NCBI GenBank assembly: GCA_900546495.1
Contig: URDN01000005.1
Coordinates: 16,631 to 80,630, forward strand
Length of the DNA: 64,000 nt
Source of the DNA: an uncultured Lachnospiraceae bacterium
GTDB taxonomy: Bacteria > Bacillota > Clostridia > Lachnospirales > Lachnospiraceae
Direction of reading: 5' to 3'
Shown here: positions 19,622 through 30,177 of the stretch, piece by piece
Layout: each line of letters starts with the position of its first letter
How positions within the stretch are numbered: the first letter of the stretch is position 1
The notes under the pieces: model-generated
Told to the model about the DNA's origin: nothing
The model's input: only the letters and a program-made list of their open reading frames with translations
Databases searched by the model: none
Made by a program: the position numbers and the translations under genes

Positions 19622-20056
19622 TTACTGTTTCCCGGTACTTCCAAACCCTCCGCGGTTTGCATTTCCCAGAGATGTCACTTCCTCAAAAACGATCTGCGGC
19701 TGATTTTCCACAATGCGGAACTGGCAGATTCTGTCATTTATGTTAACTACAATATCACGGGTTGCATACACCGGCATCCGCCACATATCATCATCCCCAC
19801 AGTAAGAACCATCAATAATTCCACAACTGTTCACCTGCAGCAGACCATAATTTTTAAACGTTGAGCTGCGCGGTACCACATGTGCCTCATAGCCTTTCGG
19901 AAGCTGCATGGCAACACCCAAAGGTATCAATTTAAATTCTCCTGCTTTCAGTTCTACTGTCTCGCTGGCACGCAGATCGATCCAGTCTGATTTTCCATCA
20001 ATATACTCCAGTCGGTCAATTTTGTCCGTAAAATATTTAATACGAATATTTTCCAT
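19622..20056 (-). CDS. dut: dUTP diphosphatase (trimeric)
   Basis: DWIDL, PRSS, GIIDGSYCG, RICQ, RGGFGSTG. Confidence 0.95.
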   Translation of the reverse strand: MENIRIKYFTDKIDRLEYIDGKSDWIDLRASETVELKAGEFKLIPLGVAMQLPKGYEAHVVPRSSTFKNYGLLQVNSCGIIDGSYCGDDDMWRMPVYATRDIVVNINDRICQFRIVENQPQIVFEEVTSLGNANRGGFGSTGKQ

Positions 20057-20147
20057 GTTTCTTTCCTCCATATTTTCTTTCTGCTAATTTATTTTAAGAT
20101 ACTTTTATTTGATTGAAATTCTAAACTCTTTTGCTTTCAAAGAGAAA

Positions 20148-20173
20148 CCCCGGCATCCCATAAGACACCGGGG
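20148..20173 (-). terminator. Putative intrinsic terminator
   Basis: Minus strand CCCCGGTGTC-TTATGG-GATGCCGGGG followed by TTTCTCTTT. Confidence 0.65.
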
Positions 20174-20204
20174 CTGAACCATCTTATTTTTCCACTATCC
20201 TATT

Positions 20205-21104
20205 TTACAGACTTTCATCATCCGGATACAGATAGCAGTCAAAGCCTTCTTCATTTCCATTCAGCATACAGCTTCCGTACAGATTTTCCAGATCATACGG
20301 AACTGCGATCAAAAAATCTACATAATTTGAATCATCGGATTCTGTTTCCGGATAACTGATCTCAAACACTTTATCAACCGTATAATAAGTTTCCGCTCCA
20401 TCTTCATCCTCGGACCAGACAGACAGATCTTCCTCGGAAACTTCCGACAAATCATATGTATCTGACAGGTTATTCTGAATTTCCATCGACACAATATAAT
20501 ATACATAACCTTCCGGTGCCGTAAGCTGCTCCAGTTCTTCACACTCTGTTGCAGATACATTAACATAATAGTCATCCCAGTTTATCTCAGACATATTCGG
20601 TCCAACATAATCAGACCAGGCATATTTTACATAAATGCGGTTCTGAAATGCCGGTTCACTTTCTTCTTCCTCCTGCGCCCAGTCATCATAATCCGTATCC
20701 CATCCGTCTGCAATCTGATCCCGAATTCCATTGCGAATCACAGAAAAAAGTGACGCACCAGCACCGATCACTACAGCAGCTGCAACCGCAATAATGACAA
20801 TAACAATCACTGCCACCGGTGCTTTGCCTTTTTTGTGTGTTTCTGTCCGCCGGTTTCCACTGTCATTCTGATAACTGAACGACTCTTGATAAGACGTATG
20901 GCGATCCGCCCGTCCGGCATCACCAGCACCTGCACGGTACCAGTCATGTTGACGCGGATTAGCTTCTGCATCATATTTGTCATGCAGACTCTGCTCCATA
21001 TCTTCCCGGCTGTCCGGACGATTATACCGCGAACACTTTGGACAAATACCATTGCATTTGTCATAATCATACATTTTTCCGCATTTTCCACATCGTATCA
21101 GCAT
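20205..21104 (-). CDS. Hypothetical single-pass membrane protein with N-terminal zinc ribbon
   Basis: CGKC...CPKC N-terminus, one long hydrophobic segment, very acidic C-terminal domain. RBS AGGGAG. Confidence 0.75.
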   Translation of the reverse strand: MLIRCGKCGKMYDYDKCNGICPKCSRYNRPDSREDMEQSLHDKYDAEANPRQHDWYRAGAGDAGRADRHTSYQESFSYQNDSGNRRTETHKKGKAPVAVIVIVIIAVAAAVVIGAGASLFSVIRNGIRDQIADGWDTDYDDWAQEEEESEPAFQNRIYVKYAWSDYVGPNMSEINWDDYYVNVSATECEELEQLTAPEGYVYYIVSMEIQNNLSDTYDLSEVSEEDLSVWSEDEDGAETYYTVDKVFEISYPETESDDSNYVDFLIAVPYDLENLYGSCMLNGNEEGFDCYLYPDDESL

Positions 21105-21135
21105 ACTGCCCTCTCCCTTTTACAGTCTCCTGCTT

Positions 21136-21297
21136 GTAAAGCGGACATTCGCAATCCGCTTTCGCTACTTGCTCATGAACGCAGTCGCTTTGTGACCTGC
21201 CAGCGGGAGCTTTTAACTCCCACGACATAAGCATCCCCTTACCCACCGCTTAGTGCTCTACGCACTTGAATCGGGGGAATGCTTATTCTGCGTTCAA
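21136..21297 (+). repeat. Dispersed palindromic repeat family A, long (162 bp) copy
   Basis: Aligns end to end with 8138-8300 with a few substitutions and a 1-bp deletion. Confidence 0.95.
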
Positions 21298-21338
21298 TTT
21301 TTCTTATGTATCCACTAATATGCGTTAACACAAATCTC

Positions 21339-22346
21339 TTACCACTGAATATCCTCGTGTTCCGCTTTCTTATCCCGCAGCATCAGCTCCATTACGGCAT
21401 CTTTTGCCGGTTGATTTTCAAAAAGCACTGAATTTACCTGCTCAATGATTGGCATGTCGATGTTATATTTTCGCGCCAGTGCAATAGCCGCCTTTGCAGA
21501 ATAAACACCTTCCACTACCATCTTTACTTCGTCCATAGCTTCTTTCATCGTATAGCCACGGCCAATCAGCATACCCGCTTTACGATTACGGCTGTGACGG
21601 CTGGCACAGGTCACAATCAGATCTCCGATACCGGACAGACCATTTAATGTCTCTGTATTTGCCCCCATGGCCACACCCAGACGACTGATTTCTTTGATTC
21701 CACGAGTGATCAGTGCTGCTTTTGTGTTATCGCCGTATCCAAGTCCATCTGCCATTCCCGCAGCCAATGCAATAACATTTTTTAAAGATGCGCCGAGCTC
21801 GATACCAAGCATATCCGGGCTTGTGTATACACGAAATACCTCATTCATAAAGAAAGTCTGTACCTGCTCTGCAGTTTCCTTCGTATGTGCACCTGCCACA
21901 ACCGTTGTTGGAAGTCCGCGCCCTACTTCTTCCGCATGGCTCGGACCAGACATTACAGCCACATCTGCCTGTGGGATTTCCTGTTCTACGATCTCAGACT
22001 GGATCATCAGGGTACTTTCCTCAATTCCTTTAGATACAATGACAATTAGCTGTCCTTTTGTGATAAACTCAGCAAGATTGTGTGCCGTACTTCTTGTAAA
22101 CGGAGATGGTACCGCAAGCACTACCATTTCTTTCCCCTCTGCAGCGGTTTTCAGATCAGTCGTAAAAACAACATTCTCCGGTATCTTCACACCCGGAAGT
22201 TTATCCTTGTGTTCACGCTCCTCTGTCAACATTTTTACTTCGTCTTCCAGAATTGACCAGACTGTTACGTTGTGTCCATTGTGCGCCAGAACAATCGCCA
22301 GTGCTGTTCCCCAGCTTCCGGCTCCGATTACACCAATTTCTGCCAT
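21339..22346 (-). CDS. gpsA: NAD(P)H-dependent glycerol-3-phosphate dehydrogenase
   Basis: GAGSWGTALA, SKGIE, SGPSHAEEV, LKNVIALAAG, GDLIVTC..SRN. Confidence 0.97.
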   Translation of the reverse strand: MAEIGVIGAGSWGTALAIVLAHNGHNVTVWSILEDEVKMLTEEREHKDKLPGVKIPENVVFTTDLKTAAEGKEMVVLAVPSPFTRSTAHNLAEFITKGQLIVIVSKGIEESTLMIQSEIVEQEIPQADVAVMSGPSHAEEVGRGLPTTVVAGAHTKETAEQVQTFFMNEVFRVYTSPDMLGIELGASLKNVIALAAGMADGLGYGDNTKAALITRGIKEISRLGVAMGANTETLNGLSGIGDLIVTCASRHSRNRKAGMLIGRGYTMKEAMDEVKMVVEGVYSAKAAIALARKYNIDMPIIEQVNSVLFENQPAKDAVMELMLRDKKAEHEDIQW

Positions 22347-22393
22347 TTTTTCTGCCTCCATATTTATCCCCGTATTTTCTGCTATGTATTATA

Positions 22394-23044
22394 TTAATTT
22401 TCTTTTTTCGCTGGACGGAATTTATTCTCAGTTCCGGTCACCAGACGTTTGATATTCGCACGATGCTGCCAGAATGCCAATGCCGTCAAGATACCCGCAA
22501 GCACATACGTCTCCGGCAAAAACTGCGTGGCCATTTTTAATAATCCCAATTGTCCAAACACAATCGTCTGTACAAAAAATCCGCTCAAGATTCCAAGGGA
22601 TCCAAGAGACATAAACCCGGTAGGGACCACAGATGAGAAAAACAAAACCGCACAGATCGGCACCATTCTCCAGTCAAACGCAAATACAATACCAACGCTG
22701 CTGGCAATTCCTTTTCCACCTTTAAATTTCATATAAAACGGGAAATTATGTCCCAGCACTGCACCAAATCCAGCATACAGTTCCAACAATTTCACGGCAT
22801 CCGGGTAACGGGTTCTTGCCACTGCCCAGATGATTACCATTGCTGCCACCGCTTTTAAACAGTCGCCAAAAAATACGACTACACCGGCTTTCCATCCAAG
22901 GACACGCAGAGAATTCGTCATTCCGGAATTTCCGCTTCCCTTGGAACGGATATCTACGTTATGCGCTTTTCCGTATAATACGCCAGTTGGAAATAATCCA
23001 AACAGGTAGCCCAGCAAAATGCTGACAATTCGAAATACTACCAT
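22394..23044 (-). CDS. plsY: Glycerol-3-phosphate acyltransferase PlsY
   Basis: DIRSKGSGNSGMTN, GHNFP..FKGGKGIA, HRANI; in der-plsY-gpsA order. Confidence 0.95.
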   Translation of the reverse strand: MVVFRIVSILLGYLFGLFPTGVLYGKAHNVDIRSKGSGNSGMTNSLRVLGWKAGVVVFFGDCLKAVAAMVIIWAVARTRYPDAVKLLELYAGFGAVLGHNFPFYMKFKGGKGIASSVGIVFAFDWRMVPICAVLFFSSVVPTGFMSLGSLGILSGFFVQTIVFGQLGLLKMATQFLPETYVLAGILTALAFWQHRANIKRLVTGTENKFRPAKKEN

Positions 23045-24369
23045 TATTTGTCTTCCTTTCTCTCACGGATAATAAACTTCAATGCCGTGCCCTTAAATCC
23101 AAAAGTATCACGGATTCGGTTTTCCAGATATCGCGTATAGGAGAAATGCATCAGTTCTTTATCATTTACAAAAATCACAAATGTCGGTGGTTTTACTGCA
23201 ACCTGAGTAATATAGTAAAGTCTCAGACGTTTTCCTTTATCAGAAGGCGGCTGCTGCATTGCTACAGCCTCTGTCATGATTTCATTTAAGACACCGGTAG
23301 CCACACGCATTGCATTGTTTTCCAGAACCATGTCGATCATCTCATACATTTTGCTCAGACGCTGGCCTGTTTTTGCAGAAATAAACATAATCTCCGCATA
23401 AGACATAAAGCTTAAGATTTCACGGATTTTATTTGTATGCTTATAAATTGTTTTGTCATCTTTCTCAATGGCATCCCATTTATTTACAGCAATAATGATA
23501 CCTTTTCCGCGTTCATGTGCAATTCCAGCGATTTTCGCATCCTGTTCGGTAACACCTTCCGTTGCATCAATTACAAGAATAACAACATCCGCACGCTCTA
23601 CTGCTGTTACTGCACGAATAATGCTGTAACGCTCGATCTCTTCTTTGATTTTATTTTTACGGCGCAGACCTGCAGTATCAATAAAAATATATTCTTTTCC
23701 GTTATATTTTACTGCGGTATCAATGGCATCACGAGTGGTTCCTGCGATGTCAGAAACAATCACGCGGGACTCACCTGCAAGTTTATTTACCAGAGAAGAT
23801 TTTCCAACGTTTGGTTTTCCGATGATGGCAACCTTCGGTCTGGTATCTTCTTCCTCTTCTTTTGCAGAATCTGGAAAATGTTTTACCACTTCTTCCAGCA
23901 TATCGCCCAGTCCCAGGCGGGAAGCTGCGGAAATCGGCATCGGATCACCGATTCCCAGATTATAAAATTCATATACATCCGTCATATATTTCTGGAAGCT
24001 GTCAACTTTATTGACAACCAGGACAACAGGTTTGTGGGAGCGGCGCAGCATATCTGCCACTTTCGCATCTGCATCTACCAGCCCCTGATGTACATCAGTC
24101 ATAAATACAATGACATCTGCAGTAGCAATGGCAATCTCTGCCTGCTCACGCATCTGTGACAAAATCACATCTTTACTGTCCGGCTCAATACCGCCGGTAT
24201 CTACCATAGTAAAAGCATGGTTCAGCCATTCTACATCTGCATAAATACGGTCTCTTGTGACACCCGGTGTATCCTTAACGATGGAAATACGTTCCCCTGC
24301 CAGAGCATTGAACAACGTAGATTTTCCTACATTCGGACGTCCCACAACCGCAACAACCGGTTTACTCAT
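23044..24369 (-). CDS. der: Ribosome biogenesis GTPase Der (EngA)
   Basis: Two GTPase domains ([16 protein letters not shown]), DTGG/DTAG, NKVD/NKWD, KH-like C-terminus. Confidence 0.98.
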   Translation of the reverse strand: MSKPVVAVVGRPNVGKSTLFNALAGERISIVKDTPGVTRDRIYADVEWLNHAFTMVDTGGIEPDSKDVILSQMREQAEIAIATADVIVFMTDVHQGLVDADAKVADMLRRSHKPVVLVVNKVDSFQKYMTDVYEFYNLGIGDPMPISAASRLGLGDMLEEVVKHFPDSAKEEEEDTRPKVAIIGKPNVGKSSLVNKLAGESRVIVSDIAGTTRDAIDTAVKYNGKEYIFIDTAGLRRKNKIKEEIERYSIIRAVTAVERADVVILVIDATEGVTEQDAKIAGIAHERGKGIIIAVNKWDAIEKDDKTIYKHTNKIREILSFMSYAEIMFISAKTGQRLSKMYEMIDMVLENNAMRVATGVLNEIMTEAVAMQQPPSDKGKRLRLYYITQVAVKPPTFVIFVNDKELMHFSYTRYLENRIRDTFGFKGTALKFIIRERKEDK

Positions 24370-24488
24370 ATTTTATACCTCGTCTCTCTATTTCAGAATC
24401 TGTTCGCATGTCTTACTACTGAAGAAAATCTTCTGTTTACTTTGTAATCCATATGAACCTTTTATCAAGTTACTGTCTCTTCGCCTTG

Positions 24489-25967
24489 CTAAATCTGACC
24501 AAGCATGCTGTCATACAGACACTGCCCGTCTGATTTTACAATATGAATCGGCACTTGTAAAGCATTTTCCAATTCTGTCAATGTCATGTCATCCAAAAAT
24601 ACCTCTTCACCGCTTCGCAGCAGATTGCATGGAAGTAAGAGCATATCACCCAGTTCCTGCCCACTCAACTGTGCTTTCAGATCCTGTCCGGTCAGTAATC
24701 CTGATACCGTAATCATCTCGCCAAAGAAGTCATTTCGAATCTGGTACACGATTACTTTAATGTCCGGATGCTGCTTCATAAATTTATCTGCCAGCCTGTG
24801 AAGCAATCCCGCCGCAGATTTTCCAGTTGCAACAGAAACCGTCCGGCAATAGTTTGTATTCCCTGCTTCCGACTCATCCAGACTTTGCTCTTTATTGCTT
24901 CCAGTATCATCTGTTTCTCCCAGATCCGGTTCCTTCAGACTTTCCTGTTTCATTTTTATGGTTTCAAAATTATCTGCTTCTTCCAAATCCATATCCTGAT
25001 CGGATCCATCTGTCTGTTCTTCCAGTTCATAAGCCAGGCACTCATCAAACTCACTCTCCAGCAACGGGATCATGCCGACACCGTTTTCCAACTGAATATA
25101 TCCGTCATAATTCTCCTCCGGTGGAAATGGCTCTTCTGCCAGCAGATACCATTCATCCGAAGCCTGTACAAAATGTATGCCGTGTTTTTCGTAACAGATT
25201 TTCTGCCATTTATGGATAATTTCCAGCACTTCTTTTGCATCTTCCTTTTCAAAAGGTTTCAACGGATACAAGCCATCTCTGAATTTCGTCAATCCAACCG
25301 GAACAACCGATAAGCTCTGCATATACGGAAGATAATCTGCCAACTCCTTAATGCTTCGTTCCAGTTCTGCACCATCATTTACACCTTTACAAAGTACGAT
25401 CTGCCCATTCATCTCGATCTCACCTTCGTAAAAACGGCGAATTTTATCCAACGCTTCTCCTGCAAAGCGATTATGTAACATCTCACAGCGCAATTCCGGA
25501 TTCATTGTATGCACAGACACGTTGATCGGCGCCAGCTTATACGTAATAATTCGCTCTACATCTTCTTCTTTCATATTAGTCAGAGTCACATAGTTTCCCT
25601 GCAGGAAAGACAATCGTGAATCATCATCTTTAAAATACAGAGTCTCTCTCATATTTGGAGGCATCTGATCAATAAAGCAAAAAATACATTTATTGTAACA
25701 GGATTTATAATCATCCATCAGACCGTTTTCAAAAACGATCCCTGGATCCTCATAATAATCTTTCTCTATCTCCAGTTCCCATTCTTCTCCGTTTGGTTTA
25801 CGAATCAGTAGGGTCAATAGCACATCGTTAATCAGAAAATGATAATCAAAAACATCCTGAATCGCCTTTCCGTTCACTTCCAGCAGAATATCACCCGATT
25901 CGATTCCCATCTCTTCCGCAATACTTCCCGGTTCGACGCTGTCGATTTTATGTTCTTTTAATTTCAT
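24489..25967 (-). CDS. DUF512 / PDZ-containing putative Fe-S oxidoreductase (radical SAM-like)
   Basis: N-terminal PDZ-like region, CYNKCIFCFIDQMP, YFKDDDSRLSFLQGNYVTLTN, QLENGVG; upstream of der as in Clostridia. Confidence 0.88.
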   Translation of the reverse strand: MKLKEHKIDSVEPGSIAEEMGIESGDILLEVNGKAIQDVFDYHFLINDVLLTLLIRKPNGEEWELEIEKDYYEDPGIVFENGLMDDYKSCYNKCIFCFIDQMPPNMRETLYFKDDDSRLSFLQGNYVTLTNMKEEDVERIITYKLAPINVSVHTMNPELRCEMLHNRFAGEALDKIRRFYEGEIEMNGQIVLCKGVNDGAELERSIKELADYLPYMQSLSVVPVGLTKFRDGLYPLKPFEKEDAKEVLEIIHKWQKICYEKHGIHFVQASDEWYLLAEEPFPPEENYDGYIQLENGVGMIPLLESEFDECLAYELEEQTDGSDQDMDLEEADNFETIKMKQESLKEPDLGETDDTGSNKEQSLDESEAGNTNYCRTVSVATGKSAAGLLHRLADKFMKQHPDIKVIVYQIRNDFFGEMITVSGLLTGQDLKAQLSGQELGDMLLLPCNLLRSGEEVFLDDMTLTELENALQVPIHIVKSDGQCLYDSMLGQI

Positions 25968-26046
25968 CTATTTCATCCTTTCGTTCTGTACCATTGTACC
26001 CAATTTACGAAATAACATCAACCTTTTTTATTTTTGTAAATCACAA

Positions 26047-26078
26047 AAGAGGTGTGCCACAAAAGTGACACACCTCTT
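26047..26078 (-). terminator. Intrinsic terminator after nifJ
   Basis: 14-bp stem AAGAGGTGTGTCAC / GTGGCACACCTCTT (one G-U) with U tail on the minus strand. Confidence 0.8.
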
Positions 26079-26113
26079 ATAACAATTCCTAGTGTTTACA
26101 AAGACAGGATATC

Positions 26114-29100
26114 TTACTCCTCTGTACCGTAAAGTTTTACGAGTTTGTTCAGGTAAGCATATCTTGCTTTTGCATTTTCCTCAGATTTCTCGAAGAGACG
26201 ATCTGCTTTCTCCGGATCCTGTCTTACAAGAGCATTGTAACGAACCTCACCGTTTAAGAATGCTTTGTAATCTCCGCTTGGAGCTTTGCTGTCAAGAGTG
26301 AATGCATTCTTTCCTTCAGCAGCCAGAGCCGGATTGAAACGGAAGTTGTTCCAGTAACCTACTGCTACAGCATTCTTCTCTTCTGTCTGTGCTTTGCTCA
26401 TACCAATCTTGATACCATGGTTGATACATGGAGCGTATGCGATGATCAGAGATGGTCCCGGATATGCCTCAGCCTCAGCGATTGCTTTCACACACTGATT
26501 CATATCAGCACCCATAGCAATCTGTGCTACGTATACATAACCATAGCTCATTGCAATGGAAGCAAGGTCTTTTTTCTTAACATCTTTACCACCTGCTGCG
26601 AACTGAGCGATTGCACCGATGTTTGTAGATTTAGAAGACTGTCCACCTGTATTGGAATATACCTCAGTATCAAATACCATTACGTTGATATCTTTACCAC
26701 TTGCAAGGATATGGTCTACACCACCGAATCCGATATCGTAAGCCCATCCGTCACCACCGAATACCCACTGGGATTTCTTTCCAAGGAAGTCTTTCTGTGC
26801 AAGGATTTCCTGAGCTTTGTCACATCCGCATGCCTCTAAAGCTTTGATGAGCTTGTCTGTAGCAGGTCCGTTTGTAACGCCACATCCGTAAGTATCTAAC
26901 CATTCCTGACCGGCAGCTTTTACATCTTCATTTGTTCCGTTAGCAACAACATCTTCTACTTTCTCTTTTAATGCACCTCTTAATGCATTGTTTGCGAGAA
27001 GCATACCATAACCAAACTCTGCAGCATCCTCAAACAGGGAGTTTGACCAAGCCGGTCCTTTTCCTTCCGGAGTTACTGTGTATGGTGTGGACGGTGAAGA
27101 GTTACCCCAGATAGAGGAGCATCCTGTTGCGTTTGCAATGTACATTCTGTCACCGAATAACTGAGTGATCAGTTTTGCGTATGGTGTCTCACCACAACCA
27201 GCACAAGCACCTGAGAACTCAAGCAGTGGCTGTTTGAACTGAGATCCTTTTACGGAATTCTCTTTGAATTTAGCAATAACTTCTGCTTTATCCGGAACAG
27301 TTACACCATAATCGAAGTATGCCTGCTCTGCCTCATTAGCCTCGAAGTTCTGCATTGTGATTGCCTGAATCTTATCCGGGCAAACGTTTACACAGGAACC
27401 ACATCCGGTACAATCGTATGCGGAAATTGTGATAGCAAATTTGTATCCCGGCATTCCTGTCATATCTTTGTACTGCATTCCTTCCGGAGCTGCAGCTGCC
27501 TCAGCCTCAGTCATAGCAACCGGACGGATTGCTGCGTGCGGGCAGACATAAGAACACTGGTTACACTGGATACATTTATTTGCATCCCATACCGGAACGT
27601 CTACTGCCACACCACGTTTCTCATAAGCGGATGTACCAGAAGGTGTGGAACCATCTACATAATCCTTGAATGCAGATACCGGTAATGTATTACCCATCTG
27701 AGCATTGATCTTCTTCTGAATGTTGTTTACGAAATCAACTGCATCCTGACGAGTGCCTGTTACTGCTGCACCTGTAAGGCTCTCCTCTCCAGCTGTCTTC
27801 CAGCTTTCCGGAACTTCGATCTTAACAACGTGCTTAGCACCGGCATCAATTGCATCGTAGTTCATCTGTACGATCTTATCACCTTTTTTACCATAAGTAG
27901 CTTTTGCAGCTGCTTTCATCAGTTCGTTTGCTTTGTCAGCCGGAATGATGTTGGAAAGTGCAAAGAATGCAGACTGAAGTACTGTATTGATACGTCCGCC
28001 AAGTCCGATTTCTTTACCGATCTTGATACCGTCAATTGTGTAGAACTGAATGTCGTTCTCAGCAATGTAACGTTTTACCTGTCCCGGAAGATGTTCTTCC
28101 AGTCCTGCCATATCCCATGAGCAGTTCAAAAGGAATGTTCCACCCGGAACCAGATCCTGAACCATGTTATATTTGTGGATATAAGCCGGGCAGTGGCACG
28201 CTACAAAGTTTGCTTTGTTGATCAGATATGTGGAACGAATCGGATCTTTACCAAAACGTAAGTGGGAAATTGTTACACCACCTGATTTTTTGGAGTCATA
28301 ATCAAAGTAAGCCTGAGCATACATATCAGTATTATCACCGATGATCTTGATGGAGTTCTTATTAGCACCTACAGTACCATCTGCTCCAAGTCCCCAGAAC
28401 TTGCAGTTGATTGTTGTAGCCGGAGTTGTAACCGGATGCTCTGTAACCTCCAGAGAAAGGTTTGTAACATCATCAACGATACCGATTGTGAATTTCTCTT
28501 TTTCTGTATTGTTGTAAACAGCAATGATCTGTCCAGGTGTTGTATCTTTGGAACCAAGTCCGTAACGTCCTGTGAAGATCGGTGTCTGATCAAATTTTGT
28601 ATTCTTTAATGCAGCAACTACATCAAGGTAAAGCGGCTCGCCCATAGCACCCGGCTCTTTTGTTCTGTCAAGAACGATAAGCTGTTTTACAGTATCCGGG
28701 ATAGCGTTAACCAGAGCTTCTGCGGAGAACGGTCTGTACAGACGTACTTTTACAAGACCTACTTTCTCACCTTTTGCCATCAGATAATCGATTGTCTCAT
28801 CGATTGTCTCACAAACAGAACCCATAGCGATGATAACTTTCTCAGCATCCTCTGCACCATAGTAGTTGAATAATTTATAGTTTGTACCAAGTTTCTCATT
28901 AACTTTGTCCATGTACTCCTGAACAATTGCAGGCATATCATCATAAGTCTGGTTGCATGCCTCTCTTGCCTGGAAGAAGATATCCGGATTCTGTGCGGAA
29001 CCCATCTGACATGGATGATTTGGATTTAATGCACTCTGACGGTAAGCGTTGATTGCATCAAGATCTACCATATCTTTCAGATCTTCATAATCCCATGTCT

Positions 29101-29650
29101 CAATTTTCTGGATTTCATGAGATGTACGGAAACCATCGAAGAAGTTAATGAATGGAAGTCTTCCTTTGATTGCGGAGCAATGAGCAACCGGTGTCAGATC
29201 CATAACTTCCTGAACGCTGGACTCACAAAGCATTGCGCATCCAGTCTGACGACAGGCGTAAACATCAGAGTGATCACCGAAGATACATAATGCATGGCTT
29301 GCAAGTGTACGTGCGGATACGTTGAATACGCCCGGTAATCTCTCACCAGCGATTTTATAAAGGTTTGGAATCATCAGAAGAAGACCCTGAGATGCTGTAT
29401 AAGTAGTTGTCAGAGCACCTGCTGCCAGAGAGCCGTGTACAGTACCTGCTGCACCTGCCTCAGACTGCATCTCTGTTACTTTTACAGTCTGTCCGAAGAT
29501 ATTTTTTCTTCCCTGTGTTGCCCACTCATCTGTAGCTTCTGCCATTACAGATGACGGAGTGATCGGATAGATAGCTGCAACATCTGTGTATGCATATGAT
29601 GCATGAGCTGCTGCATGGTTACCATCCATGGTTTTCATAGAACGTTTCAT
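26114..29650 (-). CDS. nifJ: Pyruvate:ferredoxin (flavodoxin) oxidoreductase
   Basis: YPITPSS, EMQSEAGAAG, DGFRTSHE, two CxxCxxCxxxCP ferredoxin motifs, FSGACAGCGE, GGDGWAYDIG. Start after AGGAGG. Confidence 0.98.
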   Translation of the reverse strand: MKRSMKTMDGNHAAAHASYAYTDVAAIYPITPSSVMAEATDEWATQGRKNIFGQTVKVTEMQSEAGAAGTVHGSLAAGALTTTYTASQGLLLMIPNLYKIAGERLPGVFNVSARTLASHALCIFGDHSDVYACRQTGCAMLCESSVQEVMDLTPVAHCSAIKGRLPFINFFDGFRTSHEIQKIETWDYEDLKDMVDLDAINAYRQSALNPNHPCQMGSAQNPDIFFQAREACNQTYDDMPAIVQEYMDKVNEKLGTNYKLFNYYGAEDAEKVIIAMGSVCETIDETIDYLMAKGEKVGLVKVRLYRPFSAEALVNAIPDTVKQLIVLDRTKEPGAMGEPLYLDVVAALKNTKFDQTPIFTGRYGLGSKDTTPGQIIAVYNNTEKEKFTIGIVDDVTNLSLEVTEHPVTTPATTINCKFWGLGADGTVGANKNSIKIIGDNTDMYAQAYFDYDSKKSGGVTISHLRFGKDPIRSTYLINKANFVACHCPAYIHKYNMVQDLVPGGTFLLNCSWDMAGLEEHLPGQVKRYIAENDIQFYTIDGIKIGKEIGLGGRINTVLQSAFFALSNIIPADKANELMKAAAKATYGKKGDKIVQMNYDAIDAGAKHVVKIEVPESWKTAGEESLTGAAVTGTRQDAVDFVNNIQKKINAQMGNTLPVSAFKDYVDGSTPSGTSAYEKRGVAVDVPVWDANKCIQCNQCSYVCPHAAIRPVAMTEAEAAAAPEGMQYKDMTGMPGYKFAITISAYDCTGCGSCVNVCPDKIQAITMQNFEANEAEQAYFDYGVTVPDKAEVIAKFKENSVKGSQFKQPLLEFSGACAGCGETPYAKLITQLFGDRMYIANATGCSSIWGNSSPSTPYTVTPEGKGPAWSNSLFEDAAEFGYGMLLANNALRGALKEKVEDVVANGTNEDVKAAGQEWLDTYGCGVTNGPATDKLIKALEACGCDKAQEILAQKDFLGKKSQWVFGGDGWAYDIGFGGVDHILASGKDINVMVFDTEVYSNTGGQSSKSTNIGAIAQFAAGGKDVKKKDLASIAMSYGYVYVAQIAMGADMNQCVKAIAEAEAYPGPSLIIAYAPCINHGIKIGMSKAQTEEKNAVAVGYWNNFRFNPALAAEGKNAFTLDSKAPSGDYKAFLNGEVRYNALVRQDPEKADRLFEKSEENAKARYAYLNKLVKLYGTEE

Positions 29651-29682
29651 TTCCATTCCTCCTAAATTCTTTTGATTTAGTT

Positions 29683-29700
29683 TTGTTAATTGATTAACAA
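29683..29700. promoter_or_regulatory. Rex (redox-sensing repressor) operator upstream of nifJ
   Basis: TTGTTAA-TTGA-TTAACAA matches the clostridial Rex consensus TTGTTAANNNNTTAACAA. It lies just downstream of a candidate promoter TTGCTT-16bp-TAAGAT (29740-29713, minus). Confidence 0.8.
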
Positions 29701-29978
29701 TGCTTTACCCTTATCTTACAATAATTTCACAAAAAAGCAACATCAGTATACCTCAAAATTGTACAAATTTCAATACAATTTTGTTTTTTTCTGCGTTCAC
29801 TTTTGTGACAACGTTACAAGTTTACCGGAAACCACCCCGGTTCTTCCAACGTGATAACCATATTGTAACCCACTTTATTGTTTAAAACAAGAACTCTGTG
29901 CGTATAATATTGCATACAATCTTATCAATCAACTTATTCATGTCTATCTTGAATCTCTTTCACTTAAAATCATAAACA

Positions 29979-30009
29979 GTAAAACGGACATTCGCAATCC
30001 GCTTTCGCT
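29979..30009 (+). repeat. Family A short copy (first hairpin only)
   Basis: GTAAAACGGACATTCGCAATCCGCTTTCGCT. Confidence 0.9.
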
Positions 30010-30086
30010 GACAAAAATCTGCCGCAAAATGCCACGATTTCTTTTTGCATTGCAAAGTAAAAATCATCCTTCCAATCATGTTTTCC

Positions 30087-30115
30087 TTGCTTTTATATAC
30101 AATCTTGTGTACAAT
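30087..30115 (+). promoter_or_regulatory. SigA-type promoter for the ABC-F gene
   Basis: TTGCTT-17bp-TACAAT with TG extension. Confidence 0.6.
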
Positions 30116-30177
30116 ACCAGAGGTAAATTATTAGAAACAAAACACATATATAATAAAGAAGTCAAGGAGAACAATTT

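Noticed and set aside
30010..30177. Antibiotic-resistance ABC-F with attenuator leader peptide
   Set aside because: The protein looks like housekeeping YbiT/YkpA type, and the predicted 5' UTR is short with no uORF or attenuator hairpin.
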